Shown here: in pieces, positions 12,166-26,999 of the stretch
Numbering within the stretch: the stretch's first letter is position 1
How the letters are laid out: the number at the start of each line of letters is the position of its first letter
Assembly (NCBI RefSeq): GCF_009914755.1
Contig: NC_060940.1
DNA length: 64,000 bases
Reading direction: 5' to 3' (one strand)
From: the human T2T-CHM13v2.0 reference genome, Homo sapiens
Program-made: the position numbers and the translations under genes
The notes under the pieces: model-generated
Told to the model about the DNA's origin: nothing
What the model saw: only the letters and a program-made list of their open reading frames with translations
Database searches by the model: none

Positions 12166-12644
12166 GTCTGATGGGCTGGATCAGCAAGTTTCCCTGGAAC
12201 AATGGTAGGTGAGGATGCATACTGGAGGTCCCCGATGAGTCTCTGAGTCCATGGGCTTGCACATCTGTTTGGCCATCTGAGTTACCAGGCTTCATGAGGG
12301 CCTCTGAGGTCAGAAAAAGACCCTGGAGCCCAGGATCTAGAGCTCAGCAAAGGATGAAGTGGGCAAGAAAGACTTGAAAGTGAGTACCTGCATTTCCCCC
12401 AAAGCATAAGGTACGGACCATCTTGAGGAGCTCACCATGTCCTAGAGATAATCAGACCCTCCAACCTCCTAGCCAACCAAAGTCCTTAGCAATACAGGGA
12501 GAACACAAGTCTTGTGAGATCTCAGACACAACTGGGGTCAGCATGGGCTTGGAGTCGACAAGAGCTGGTTCCCATGGGAAGACCTGGAAGGGTGGGCAGA
12601 ATTTTTTCAATTCAGTGTTGGCATTTTCCTAATGTAAAAAGAAT

Positions 12645-13233
12645 GCTGTCTTGAAGAGATGTTAGCACTGCCATGTTCAGTGCAGCACTACTCACAATAG
12701 CCAAGATATGGAAACAATTTGTTTGTTGACAGATGAATGGGTAAAGAAAATGTGATGTATGTATCATATATCATATATATACACATATATACCCACTCTA
12801 TATACACACTATATATATACACACACACTTTTGACACCATATATACACACAATATATACACATACACTATACACACACACTATATATATACACACACACA
12901 CTATATACACACATATTATTCCGTTTTTAAAAACAAGAAAATTCTAGCATTGATGACAATATGGATAAAATTTGAGACCACTACAAAGTGAAATAAGCCA
13001 GTCACAAAAAGACAAATACTACACAATGTCACTTATATGTAGAATCTTAAAAAAAAAAAGTTGAATTCATAGTAACAGAGATTAGAATGGTGAATACCAG
13101 GGGCTAGGGTGGGAGAGATGGAGGAATATTGGTCGAAGGGTACAAACCTTGAGTTATAGGATGAATAAGTACTGGAGACTTCATGTACAGCATGGTGAAT
13201 GTAGTTAATAATGCATTGTACACTTGAAAAAAA
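12645..13233 (+). mobile_element. L1MA (about MA8/9) 3' end with internal (TA/CA)n tract
   Basis: cacaatagccaagatatggaa...gtgaaataagccagtcacaaaaagacaaatact...gtacagcatggtga; microsatellite at 12755-12915. Confidence 0.85.
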
Positions 13234-13389
13234 TAATTCTAGCTTACCATAGAATATTCTAGAAGTTCAGCAAAAAGAGCAAATACATCCAGGAAACAGA
13301 TACCCATACTCCCACTTTTTGGGAAGTTTGGGCAATGCCTGAGCTTCCCTTCAATCTTGTTCCTGGGCACATTATTGATTTTATACAGA

Positions 13390-14010
13390 GGCAGTGGAGC
13401 ATGATGAGATCCAGAGGTCTATATTCAAATTCCAGCCTTAGCATACACAGCCACATGACTCTGGTCAGGTCACTTGAACTTTTGTTTCCTGCGTCACTTT
13501 TCTCAAATATTTAAGGGTATAATAATGGTACCTACTTGATATGGTTAGACTTTGTGTCCCTGCCCAAATGTCATCTTGAATTGTAATCCCCACAAGCTCC
13601 GTAATCCCCATGTGTCAAGGGAGAGACCAGGTGGAAGTAATCAAATCACAGGAGCAGTTTCCCCCATGTTGTTCTCGTGGTAGCGACTGAGTTCTCATGA
13701 GATCTGATGGTTTTATAAGGGGCTCTTCCTGCTTTGCTTGGCACTTCTTCCTGCCACCTTGTGAAGAAGGTGTCTTGCTTCCCCTTCCCCTTCCACCATA
13801 ATTGTGGGTTGCCTGAGGCCTCCCCAGCTATGCTGAACTGTGAGTCAATTAAACCTCTTTCCTTTATAAATTACTCAGTATCAGGCAGTTGTTTATAGCA
13901 GTATGAGAAAAGACTGATATACTACCATATAGGGTAGATGGGAGGAATAAATCTAAAAAGTCTTGGAATAGCACCTGGCACATAGTAAACACTATGAAAT
14001 ATTTTTGCTT
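13390..14010 (+). mobile_element. MIR split by THE1 LTR
   Basis: ataatggtacctac|LTR|ctaccatataggg...gcacctggcacatagtaa. Confidence 0.7.
13537..13921 (+). mobile_element. THE1C/D MaLR solo LTR
   Basis: tgatatggttagactttgtgtcc...gagatctgatggttttataagggg...gagtcaattaaacctctttcc; TSD ctact/ctacc. Confidence 0.9.
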
Positions 14011-14489
14011 AACATTACACTTAATGTCTTCCTTTTTGACACCATTAGGATTCTTCACATATGTTTCTCTGAGCTTGCAAAGTGTTCCGATAATGAGTGC
14101 ACAGTAGTCACTTGAGAAAAGCCCAGAAAACCAGAGGCAAAGGGTGAGGCCTCTTGGTGGTGGTACAGGCTGCTCCTGGAGCCCTTCTTTCAGGGTCCTA
14201 TTTTCCCTCGTGTGACACTGCAGCAAGAGCTTCTCAGGGAACATCCCCCACACACATACTTCCCCAACCCTCATCTCCCACCCTGCAATGGATACTGTAG
14301 CTGCTGTGCCCACATGCCCTGGGCCTCTTTTACCAATTCTGCGAGCTCATCCTCCCCTCTCTCCTGTTTTGCTGCTGACAGCTAGAAGATTCCAGGCCAG
14401 CCATTCTCTAGAAATCCCTTATCCAGGATTGTTTGACGTTTCCCTTTGATTAAATTTAGGTTATTCATTTTTGAGGGAAAATAGTAGTT

Positions 14490-15540
<1,051 letters not shown>

Positions 15541-15557
15541 ATAACTATGCCAGCTGA

Positions 15558-15760
15558 CAGTATAGTACAGTGGTGAGTTCAGAACCCTTGCAGAAGACTA
15601 CTTGGGTTCAAATTCTGGGCCACTCACTCATTAGGCAAGACACCTGATCACTCTGTGCCTCAGGTTTCCTCATCTGTGAAATGGGCCGATTGGGGATACC
15701 TGTTTTAAGAATGGACACACACAGAAGGGGGTCTGGCACATAGTTAGTGTCATCCACTGC
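15558..15760 (+). mobile_element. MIR
   Basis: tgggttcaaattctgg..ctctgtgcctcaggtttcctcatctgtgaaatggg..ctggcacatag. Confidence 0.8.
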
Positions 15761-16404
15761 TATTGCCTAAACAGGCCCCTCACAGACCCCTGGGGCCCTT
15801 CTTGGTGATACAGTGGATGAGTGATGGGATGTCATTTGTTCCTTCACACTGCCTTGCCAAACTCAGGCGCTTTCCTTAGGAAGCTGAGAGAGACCCCATT
15901 GTTGGGGGAAGAGCCAGGGACCAGGCTGGAGCTGGGCTTCAGTCTCTTCCCCTCACCTTCCTGCGGAGGCTGCACGGCCTTTCTCTCAAGGCATTTCCAT
16001 GTGTCTCTGGCTCCAATTTCCTCCCTCCCCAGCCAGTGCCCTCCAAGCATCACACTGTCCCCCAGCCACCCTGGTGACACTGGTCCGCACCTCCCTCATC
16101 ACTTCTCAACTTGGTGTCCACAGGTTCCTCCCCTCCTTCCTCATGGTCATTTCCAGGTGCAGGAATCTGATGGGCTCTGTCTCTTCAAGCCAGTCTGTGG
16201 CCTGGCCATCGTGGCGTGGGGGGCAGAGAGGTCTGATTTTAAAAAGTTGGCTGGGGAAGCAGCAGATTTCCTAAAGAAGGAAATTTTGGCCACAATGGGG
16301 CATACCCAGTATGTACCTATGACCATGGGCATTTCAGAAGAGTTCCCTTCCTGGCAGGACCCACTATCCACAAGCAGAGATTAAATGTGCATCCAGGAAT
16401 CACC

Positions 16405-16500
16405 TAGATCTTATTATCCCTCTTTTCATAGATGGGGAACACCATGGTTCTGAGAGGTTAGGGGACTTGCCCAGGGTCACAGAGCAGCATTGGACAGAGG
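16405..16500 (-). mobile_element. MIR core
   Basis: ttattatccc..tgagaggttaggggacttgcccagggtcacagag. Confidence 0.7.
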
Positions 16501-17329
16501 TGTATCAACAAACCTGGGCCTTCAGCCTCTGGGCTCCTTCCACCTGTGTGCCCACACACCACTGTGTGTCTCAGGTGATCTGCATCGACACTTCCTTCCA
16601 GAGGAGCTCAGGGCAGGGCCAGGCAGGCAGGCTGGGTCTTGGTTGAAGTATCTACTGGGAACGATGGAGATGAGTGGGAGCAGCATTAAGGAAAAAAAAA
16701 AAGTTAATCCAGGTGGAAAGAATGGTCAAGGCAAGGGCTTAGAGGTGGGAGAAAGCAAAGGATGTGTACTGACAGCCAGGGACACAGTCCAGCCAGGTGT
16801 GCTGGGATCCATCTAGGGAAGCTCAAGTAGTGGGGCCAAATTAGGACACTGGTTCAGAGCAACTGTGATTAGCACACACTAAACGGTGTGTCTTGCTATT
16901 CCGTGCACCTTCTCATGTTCTCACTGCTTCCCACTGTGGGAAACCTACAAACGCAGTGCTGGCTGTACCCCCACACCAATCTCAAGCCAGCAGGGTATGC
17001 TCACTCCACACACTTCTGTCCAAGGAGCCAGTGTTCACCGGCCCTCAGACACAGACCAGTCCTGCTGAAATCTCAGCCTCTTGGTTGGTGGGTCTCACAC
17101 TGTCTTCTGTGGGGTATGGGGTTCCTGGATGGCTTCAGAGAGGAGGGTCAGGAGAGGAAAAGTCTGGAGGGGCCAGTGGCAGGCCCCCAGCCTCCTCTGT
17201 GCAGGCTCAGTTCTCATCCTATTTCATTATCAGGAGTGTTATGTAGGATTCCACTTGAAACAAAGCATTTCAGCATTCATTAAAAAACAACAACCCAGAC
17301 TACCTCCTCCCCATCCTTTTTGTTGAACT

Positions 17330-17862
17330 AGCACCTGCTCACACTCGTTTTCCCACAAAACCCCTACACAAAGGGGTCCTTACTTTATACTCTCTGAAAT
17401 AGTTGCACTTAACTTTCATGGAAGTCATCATAGTTTGGTGATATATTTATCTTTAGAGACAAATGGTTTAACATCTGTCTTCCTCATCAGACCAGGCTGC
17501 CTCAGTCAAAACCTGGCTCCATCCTTTTCTAATTGAGCATCTTTGGAGAGTTCCTTAACACCTCTGTGCCTTCATCATCTGTAAAAGGGGGTTAATAAGA
17601 GCTCCAGCCTCACAGCCTTTTTGCAAAGATACAATGAGATATCAATGAAGGAGCATGGCATAGAACCTGGCATAGCCTTAATAGAATTTCAGTGTTATTA
17701 CTGTCATTGCCACCTCCATCACCACCACCACCATCATCATTATCATCCTTAAGGCCGAGATTAGGTCTTCCTTGTTTGCTGTTGCATGCTTAGTGCTTAG
17801 CACATTATACAACCCACACAGTCCTGTTAAATGAATGAACAAGAGAATAAATGAATGAATAT
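17330..17862 (+). mobile_element. L2 3' region with nested MIR (about 17490-17700) and (CAC/CAT)n
   Basis: L2 tail aatgaatgaac..aatgaatgaat; MIR ctctgtgccttcatcatctgtaaaagggg. Confidence 0.6.
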
Positions 17863-19049
17863 GTGCTTCTCTGCAAGCACGACTGTCTTCCTTCTAAGGA
17901 GGCATTCCCTTTGAATCATTAAGTTGATCCTTCTGATTTCTCAGATGGAAAAACAAAACTTTTCTCCAGGTGAAAACATTTAAATGTAGCTGATGAAGGT
18001 CCTGAGATGGCACATGTTCTTGGATATTTTGCGGAGATCCTTTATGGGGAACATATTGAGGTGGTGAGGAAGTGTAATTTTCTTGGTGGAAGGTCCAGGT
18101 CTTTTTTCTTTGTAATTTTTCATGTGTTTGTCAGTTTTCCGGACTAACTGGTGGGCACCTTCCCCCAGCTGTCTGCATAGATTCTTACTCATCTGGCTGG
18201 TCCATTGCTCAATGCAGCCCACTTAGGGTGTCAGGAAAAGCACCCAGGAAGGGAGCTAGGAGATATGAGTTGTATGGGGCTTCAGGCAGGTCTTTACCCT
18301 TCTGTGGGCCTCAGTTTCCTCATCTAGAGTATGAAAAGATTTAACTAGATGTTTACTAATAGAGCTCCAAGTTCTAAGGGAAGCTGCTGGCTCAAAGTTA
18401 AAAAATTTCCAACTCTGGGAAGGTCTTCTGGCTTTGTGCTACTCAAGCTTTGCCACTTCCATCATCATTGGCATTCAGGTGCCCACAATGCCCCACATCC
18501 TCAAAGTGTAGTGACTGGTATAATATCTCTGCTTATAGAATAAATGCACAACCCAGGGCATAAATCCATGCACAGATAGAGTTTTAATACTGGATTCTGG
18601 ATGCAACACTGCAGGAGGAAATTGAGGCCTGCAATTCAGTTCTTCTGCACCAAAGGGTTGGTGGTCAGCCCCTTGGCACTGGAGGGAGATCATCCCTCAA
18701 TCAAGAGTCCCAGGCTTTCACTTTTCCAGATGAACTCTGAAGGGTGACTAGAAAATTTATTTGGTCCCTAGAGCCTCTTAGAGGATCATGGGATGACCCA
18801 TCGAAGGGGCAGGCAGCCCACAAATGATGCCCCTGATCTTTCCACCAGAAAGGAGATACTCCAAGTGTTCCGGCTCAGCCTGCAAATGCAGGGCATTTTG
18901 GGGGCAGGGAGGGACAATATTAGGTGTGACATCAAGGAGTGTCACTCATATTGTTCTCCTATTTAGTGTTTAGGGGATTTCCCTCAAGTTTCTTAGTGAA
19001 ATGGACAAAAAGAAATAGCAAGGAATAAGTCCAATAGAAACTGTGAACT

Positions 19050-19235
19050 GGAGTGTGGTGCAGAGCAGGGAGGCCAGGGTGGGAATCCAGCTCTACCGCT
19101 TCTTAGCCTATCTGAGTCATGGACCTTCCAGACCCACAGGGAATCAGGGACTAGGGAACCATTCCCTTCCTTGTAGAGTTGTTGAAGGGATTTAAATAAA
19201 TTTTGCATGTAAAAATGTCAAGCACGTAGAAGCTC
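19050..19235 (+). mobile_element. MIR
   Basis: gaatccagctctaccgcttcttagc..gttgttgaagggatttaaataa..catgtaaaa. Confidence 0.6.
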
Positions 19236-19382
19236 TGGACATTTAAAAACTCTAACAAAACATGTCTGCCCTAGATACAAAATTCATAAAAAAGAATTTA
19301 GAAAAAGAGAAGAGTGTCTTCTACCCCTGATATCATGGGAGAAGTAGACAGATCATGGGGAAGAATAAAATCCAGTGCAGAG

Positions 19383-19655
19383 GGCCGGGCACGGTGGCTC
19401 ACGCCTGTAATCCCAGCACTTTGGGAGGCCGAGGTGGGTGGATCACAAGGTCAGGAGATGGAGACCATCCTGGCCAACATGGTGAAACCCCGTCTCTACT
19501 AAAAATATAAAAATTAGCTGGGTGTGATGACGCATGCCTGTAATCCCAGCTACTCCCAGGAGGCTGAGGCACGAGAATCACTTGAACCCAGGAGGTGAAG
19601 GTTGCAGTGAGCCAAGATCGCAGCCTGGTGACAGAGTGAGACTTCATCTAAAAAA

Positions 19656-19688
<33 letters not shown>
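19383..19688 (+). mobile_element. AluSc with (TAAA)n tail
   Basis: ggatcacaaggtcaggagatggagaccatcctggcc (Sc-type); TSD aatccagtgcag on both sides. Confidence 0.95.
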
Positions 19689-19691
<3 letters not shown>

Positions 19692-19704
19692 CCAGTGCAG
19701 GGGA

Positions 19705-20149
19705 AGTGGGCTGAACAGAGGCTCCAGAAAGATATGTCAAAATGCCTGGAACCAACCTATAAGTGTGGCCTTATTTGGAAAAAGTGTCTTTACAGATGTA
19801 ATTAAGCTAAGGATATAGAGATAAAGAGATCCTTCCTGACTATCTGGGTGGCGCTAATACAGTGCCAAATGTCCTTATAAAAGAAGGACAGAGTGAGATT
19901 TGAGGCAGACCCAAGAGAAGGCAATGCTATCAGGTAGATGATAAAGCCACAAGGCAAAGAATGTCAACTGTGACCAGAAGATGGAAGAGGCAAAGAATGG
20001 ACTACCCCCAAGAGCCTCCAAAGGGAATGTGGCCCTGCTAACACTGAATTTTGGACTTCTGGCCTCCAGGACTGTGAGAGGATAAGTATCTGTTGTTTTA
20101 AGCCACCCAGTTGGTGGTGAGTTATTACAGCAGCCACAGGAAACTAACA
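19705..20149 (+). mobile_element. MLT1D MaLR LTR
   Basis: gtgggctgaa..gccttatttggaaaaag..ttggacttctggcctccaggactgtgagag..aggaaactaa. Confidence 0.85.
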
Positions 20150-20761
20150 GGAGGTGTGGCCAGACATTCAGCTTTTACCATCAGAAAACAAAACAATCAG
20201 CAGCCTAAGCTGACCCTTAATTAAGCTTAAGGAGGCTTCTACTGGCTGCCATGGCAGAAGATCTTGAAGGCTGCTACTCCAGATATGTTCTGGTTTTGAT
20301 CTCCTAACATCCATTTTCGCCTTTTCCTGGCATCTGCATTATTTCTTTTGGAATATTCTCTCTCCTCTTTTGGGTGAGTCTGTAAATTAAGGCCTTTTGT
20401 ATTCCCCTACTAAGAAGCAAGAAGGTAGCACAATGTTGGTCAACTGGCCTCTCTCTGTCTCAGGACATAGAATCTTGAGTGGAAAACAATTCAAGGGCAG
20501 TGCCGACAGGACTATTCAATTTCAGCACATTGGACCCCATTTTCTAAGTCATTGCTCCAGCCTTCCTATCAACCCAGTGAATTTTCCACTATAGCTTTTC
20601 CATCAATTTCTTTGTTGCCTAGGTCAGTCGCTATTGCTTGTGGAGAAGCAAATTGAGTAGAGGAGAGAGTGGTTCAAAAGGAAAGACCCAGGGATAGTTG
20701 GGGCCAGAACACAGAAGACCTGGTGGGCTTAGGGAAGACTTTTAAACTTTATTCTCTAGTT

Positions 20762-20988
20762 CAAAGGCCAGCAGTCTTTTTCTGTAAGAGGCTATATAGT
20801 AACTATTTTAAACGTTCCAGGCCATAAAGTCTTTTTTGCAATGACTGTGCTACCCAACTCTGTTGTTTAGTGCAAAACTAGCTATGGACAGTGTGCAAAC
20901 AAATGGGTGAGGCTGTGTTCCAATCAGACTATCTATGAGACGAGGAAGCAGGCCAGATTAACCCCCAGGCTGTAATTTGCTAACCTTG
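20762..20988 (+). mobile_element. MER58A hAT-Charlie MITE
   Basis: tttttctgtaagaggc..ggccataaagtc..caactctg..ggctgtgttccaat..gtaatttgctaacc. Confidence 0.8.
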
Positions 20989-20993
20989 TTCTA

Positions 20994-21515
<522 letters not shown>

Positions 21516-21559
21516 TTAAAGGGAAGCAGCTCAGAAAAATTACTGTTGAGCTTTGTAGC

Positions 21560-22010
21560 TGTGAAGTGTGGGTCAAACACAGGGTGTAATTATTAGCATT
21601 GTCATCTGCACCTTTTTTCTTGTCAAAGGAGCTGGCTAGCCTGGCGGCCACCAGGACCATGCAATAAGCTTTGCAGAAATTGCCTCTCCAGTTCAAATCA
21701 CCTACAAAAGCCCAGGCTACAATTATAAAGCTTCATAGCTGTGCAGCATCCATAAAAAGAGGTAATTTTAATATTTGGTTCAACTTCAAAGCAGTAACTT
21801 AGAATTATATATACCCCATTAAAATATAATGTTTTTCCCCCAAACTAATCAAATGGCTAAATCAATTGTTGGTGGATTGCCAGTGGCCTGAGGATCAATG
21901 GGAATAGAAAATGTATTCTATATTTTCCTTGTTACATAGAGTTAGAGCGCATATTTTATTAATGTTCATCCTTTAGAGACCAGATTTGTGCGTTCGCTAA
22001 AATAAACACT
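21560..22010. promoter_or_regulatory. Candidate conserved non-coding enhancer
   Basis: Repeat-free AT-rich block with TAAT cores, CCATAAAA, TTCAAAG and AAATCAAT; conservation not verified. Confidence 0.4.
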
Positions 22011-22343
22011 ACAGTCTTTAGGGCGTGGTTGGGTGGAGACTGCAGAAGTATGAGGGCAAAGAACATTTTGCAAGGAAGTAGCCACTCCAGAGCCATCGTC
22101 GGGTGATGGGAGGCGCCCAGAGCTGGGATCCAGGGACCCGGAGTCTTGCATCTACTATTCACGAATTGAATGACTTTGGAATATGTTCTCTCTCATCTTA
22201 GACTCCCCATTTGTCAAATGAGAAGTTTGGATATGATCAGTGAAGGCAAAGAGGTTTTGTCCTAATTTAGCTCAATTAGTAGGCACTGCATGGAGCCTTG
22301 CATGAGGAAGTATTCTGAAACCGTGCCTGGGTTCAGAGGAGAG

Positions 22344-23020
22344 TGTGATGGTTAATTTCATGGGTCAACTTGACTGGTCTAAAGGATGCCCAGAGAGCTA
22401 GTAAAACATCATTTCTGGGTGTGTCTGAAGGTGTTTCCAGAAGAAATTAGCATTTGAATCAGTAGACTGGGTAAAGAAGATCTGCTCTCACCAATGTAGG
22501 CAGACATCACCTAATCCATTGAGAGCCTGATTGATTAGAATAAAATGGTGGAAAAGGGGCAAATTCTATTTGAGCTGGGACATGCACGGACATCAGTGCT
22601 CCTGGTTCTTGGGCCTTCAGACTTCCACTGAATTACACCACTGGCTTTCCTTGGCCTCCTTAATTGCATGAGCCAATTCCCATAATTTCTGTCTCTGCCT
22701 CTCTATCTCTCTCTCTATATATAATTAAATGTATATTATATATTTATATATTATATATAATATATAAATTATATATAATTATGTAAAATATATAATATAT
22801 AATTTAAATATATAATACATATTTGTATACATTATATATAAATATACATTATATATTTATATTTATATATTTATATAATATGTAAATATTTATTTATATA
22901 TAATATGTAAATTTATATATATTATATATTTATATATAATGTATATAAATATATTAGTTAACATATATATAGTATATAAATATATACATTAGTTCAGTTT
23001 CTCTGGAGAACCCTAATACA
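22344..23020 (+). mobile_element. MLT2B (ERVL) solo LTR inside an older hAT-like remnant (about 22238-23100)
   Basis: tgtgatggttaatttcatgggtcaacttgactgg...ctctggagaaccctaataca; TSD gagag/gaggg. Confidence 0.9.
22716..22990. repeat. (TA)-rich low-complexity tract
   Basis: About 275 bp nearly pure A/T with alternating TA, inside MLT2B. Confidence 0.95.
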
Positions 23021-23873
23021 GAGGGTGTGCCATGAATCTCTGCCATGGGCATAAGTGAAATGGGCAAAGCATCCTTCATGCCAGGCGTCTGTGATCTCTG
23101 GACTGAATGGAGGTCCCTTCTGTTCTAACAGATTGAGAGAGGGTCCATTTGTCTGGCCCAGCAGTCTTCTCTGTGACTTGTAGGTTCTTCTCAGGCCCTT
23201 CATGGATGTCCTCTCACTCTCCTCTATGGCCAGCCTTGGTTGGATGGGGCCTTCTTGAGGATAATAGAGGCCATGCTCTGTGCTCAATAGGCCAGTTGCC
23301 AAATATCAGTGATACTTACTGCACATCAGCAGCTGCAGATTCAGAGAGTCATCAGCCATAACTGTGGCCTTCTGGGAGCAGAGACTGTGGAGGAGGCATT
23401 CAACTTAAAGAAGGACCAACAACTAATATTAAGTACTAAGTCAATCTGTGTCTCCCTGAATTTTCCATCTGCACCAGGGAGAAGCTCCATCCACACGGTG
23501 CTTATTCTCCTCTTCCCTTGGTGAATTCTCAACCCCCCTGTTGGCAATTACATGAACTTCACAGGCTGTTGGTCTTCTCTTCCTCTCCTTTTTTTTCACT
23601 GGGCCTTTATTGGCTGTCAGGAGGGAAGAATTGGTTCGGCTACTGTGCATGGGGAAGACATACAATATCTTTTATATAACCTGTTTGTTTAATTACAAAA
23701 GTAATCCAAGTTCATTGCATAAAATTCAGAGAAGCAAACTTTTAAAAGTAAAAGCTCTCTAATCCTACATGAGACTACCAGTGTTGATATTTTATATTAT
23801 TAAATATTGCACATTTACCATGTGCAAGTAAAGAAAACTTGACTCAAACCAGCTTAAGACAAAAGAGAATGTG

Positions 23874-24232
<359 letters not shown>

Positions 24233-24239
24233 CTATGAT

Positions 24240-24530
24240 GTGTCCCTGGCTATTCCTAGGCCCTCTTTTTGCACTATTCTCTGTGTTCAATTTGCTCTAA
24301 CTACACTGTTAGCCTTCTTGTTCCTCCAACATCTGAAGCTCAAGGCTGCCACAGAGCCTCTGCTCTCCCCTCTACTGGAAAGCTAATTCACCACACTGAT
24401 GCATGGCTGACTCCTTCCCTTCATTCAGGTCTTAATGAACACATCGTATCCTCTGAGTGGCCTTTCTGACCCATCTAACGATGTCTGATCTGGTCACTCT
24501 CTCACTAAATGCTCTTTCATTTTCTTCATA
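24240..24530 (+). mobile_element. L2 fragment
   Basis: gccttcttgttcctccaaca..gcatggctgactccttcccttcattcaggtct. Confidence 0.65.
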
Positions 24531-24939
24531 GTGAAAGTGACTACAAAATTTATCTTCTAAGTTAGAAGACTTTTGAGTGTGAAAGGGGTTGCTATTGGTA
24601 ATTATGCCAGGACAGTGGACATATTCAGGAGACACGTAGGCACTCTACCCACAGAGCCACTTTCTACACGTGTGCATTGCCTCTCTCCCACACAGTGTAG
24701 TCCCCTGAGAATAGAGGCTGCACCTGGGTGCCAGGAATGGCACTGGGCACTTTGAGCATGGAAGCTCTCTGAATTTATACAGCAGCTCTGTCAGGAAGGT
24801 TCTGTCCCCCATTGCTGACCAGCAACTGAGACAGGTGCTCAGCTAGAAAGTGGTAGTGCTGATTTCAGCATGAAAACTCCTGACCACTCCATGGGCCTCT
24901 CACACACACATGAGCTCAACTGACCCTGCAAGTCAGGAG

Positions 24940-25060
24940 TAGGGATCAGCAGGTGACAGAAACTCCATTTTACAGGTGAGACAACTGAGGCTCTGCATGT
25001 TCAAAGACCTTCCTTGAAGGAGTTTGAACTGAGGTCTTCAGCCAATGGCTCTAGCTCCTC
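24940..25060 (-). mobile_element. MIR core
   Basis: ccattttacaggtgagacaactgaggctc. Confidence 0.65.
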
Positions 25061-25474
25061 TCACTTGCCTCTCCCTGAGTTTTCACGTTCCTTCCTTCTA
25101 CCCTGAAAGTCCACACATCTTTGTTGGTGTCAGCAATCTTCCAGAGGAAGGATGAAGAGCCTCTGCCATGAACCAGCTGAAGCAAGGCTAGAGCCAGAAG
25201 GAGCCAGTTGGCAAGCAGTTTTTCTTGTTATAGCAGCAAACCCAGCCTGAGGCAGATCATCTCCAGCAGAGCCCAGAACCTGAGCCTGCCTCCCAGTTGA
25301 CTTCAGGGCCAGGAATAGAATGAGCAAGTCTTTCACAGACAGTCCTAGAATAGTATATCCTCGTAGGTCCTGGGGTATTCTGGCTGCATCTCTGTCCACA
25401 AGCCCCAACCTGTGAAGGGGGAAGGAGTGGGGGACCGGGATGACGAGGAGGAGGGAGTGAGCCATGACTGCACA

Positions 25475-25635
25475 CCACTACTGAGCCATGGCTGCATGCT
25501 GGGTATCACACTTAAGACGCAACAGCCCTAGCACACAGGCGCTATTGTTATTCTCATTTCACAGATATGGAAACTGAGGCTCAGAGACGGTATGTGACTT
25601 GCCCAAGGCCACATGATCAGCAACTAGAAGAGTCA
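25475..25635 (-). mobile_element. MIR
   Basis: ctcatttcacagatatggaaactgaggctcagagacggtatgtgacttgcccaaggccaca. Confidence 0.8.
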
Positions 25636-26499
25636 GTACAACTTCCCAAGACTTTGCTGTGAAAGATTCCATGATATTTCACAAAAGGAGAAAGAGACAA
25701 GATAGGTGGCTGGCCGGGGGAAGGGGGAGAGGGATTAGAAGGGAGTTGATGAGACAGTGTCTAAGGCCATCGTTTGTAATCCATCCTGGTAGGTTATTTG
25801 AAGACATGGGGCAGGTGTGGTCTGCCAAAGAAGCTTATATCTGGATGGTTCCGAGGTCCAAGTAGTCTGTGAAGACAGGATATGGCGAACACAGGGCTTA
25901 TAAGAGAAGAGGAGAGGCCTTCAGTTGCTTTCCTACTCACCACGTGTTGCAGAACCCTGTTAGGGTTTGGTCAGCAGTCATCTCAGTGAGGTTGAGGGCT
26001 TGGGGTCAGGCTGCTGAAGGTTCTGGTGGTTCTGTTCACCTTGCCCTGTAGCCTGTATCCCATGGCTGTCTGGACTTGGAACGTTGGTACATTAAATATT
26101 CACATCTCTTGATGGGCTCTTCTCCCCACCTAGGCTGTCAGCTCTGTGGGGACAAAGATGGAGAAGGTCCCACCAGTTGGTCTCCTTGAGTGCCTCACAC
26201 AGCACTGGCATCATAGGTGTTCAGGACAGGCAGCTGCTTTTGATGACAAAAACAATTCTGTCCCACCAGATGTTCATCCCATCATGAAGCACACGTAGGT
26301 CCACAGTCCCATTTAATGCACACAAACAAATAACCCTGCAAGGAAGGAATTTATTTTCCTTCTAGATCATCTTCCTTCTGAGATACTGTGAGCTGACCCT
26401 GCAACTAAACTCCATTCCCAGCCCTTGGTGCAGGAACTGAGGCCTCTCTCCGGGGCTGGGATAGGAAGGGGCCTCTCCGTAGAGCCTCAGCCCACTCCC

Positions 26500-26830
26500 T
26501 GCCTTGCTGTGCATCTTGCAGAGACTCGCACCGTACCCCCTCCCCAATCTCTGCTCCATCGCAACGCCTCTGCAGCCTGGCCTTAATAGGATGACTTTCA
26601 TCCTCATTCAGATACATATTGTATTGGCTGGGAAACATCAAAGGGGCCCTGTCGTTACATATTCTATTTCTGAGAGGAGAAAAGCAGCCCCTTGCTTTAT
26701 TAACGTGGCAAATGTTGACTCTTGTAATGAAAAATGCACAAACGCCAGGCAATTTTTGATGAATAGGTAATACAGAGGAAGACCCCAAATGGGGAGAATT
26801 AATTTCTCTTCGGTGCCTCTGCTGCAGAGA
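26500..26830. promoter_or_regulatory. Candidate enhancer (TCF/LEF, homeobox)
   Basis: ACATCAAAGG at 26635, TGGGAA, TTTATTAA, GAATTAATT and retained CpGs in non-repeat DNA. Confidence 0.35.
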
Positions 26831-26999
26831 TGAGGAGTCCCTGTGTGAAGCCACCTATCCTATCCTCAGGCCCATGGGGGCCTTGAGGCCCTGGATCCCC
26901 AGCCGTGGGCCCAGTCAGGGGACATTAAACATGACTGTTAAGATAGGGGTTCCAACAAACCTCTTTTGATTCCAGGACAGCATAAAAATCTCAGGAACG

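Noticed and set aside
12136-12170. Orphan A23 after ATT as a solo polyA retro-insertion or processed-gene tail
   Set aside because: No flanking TSD and no upstream retrocopy body; simple homopolymer expansion is sufficient
15821-16384. 187-aa ORF
   Set aside because: No domain similarity or coding-like composition; short ORFs in other frames overlap it equally
17955-18070. Possible internal exon (tttttctccag| ... |gtgagg)
   Set aside because: Splice-like motifs are common by chance; no partner exons or coding signal identifiable
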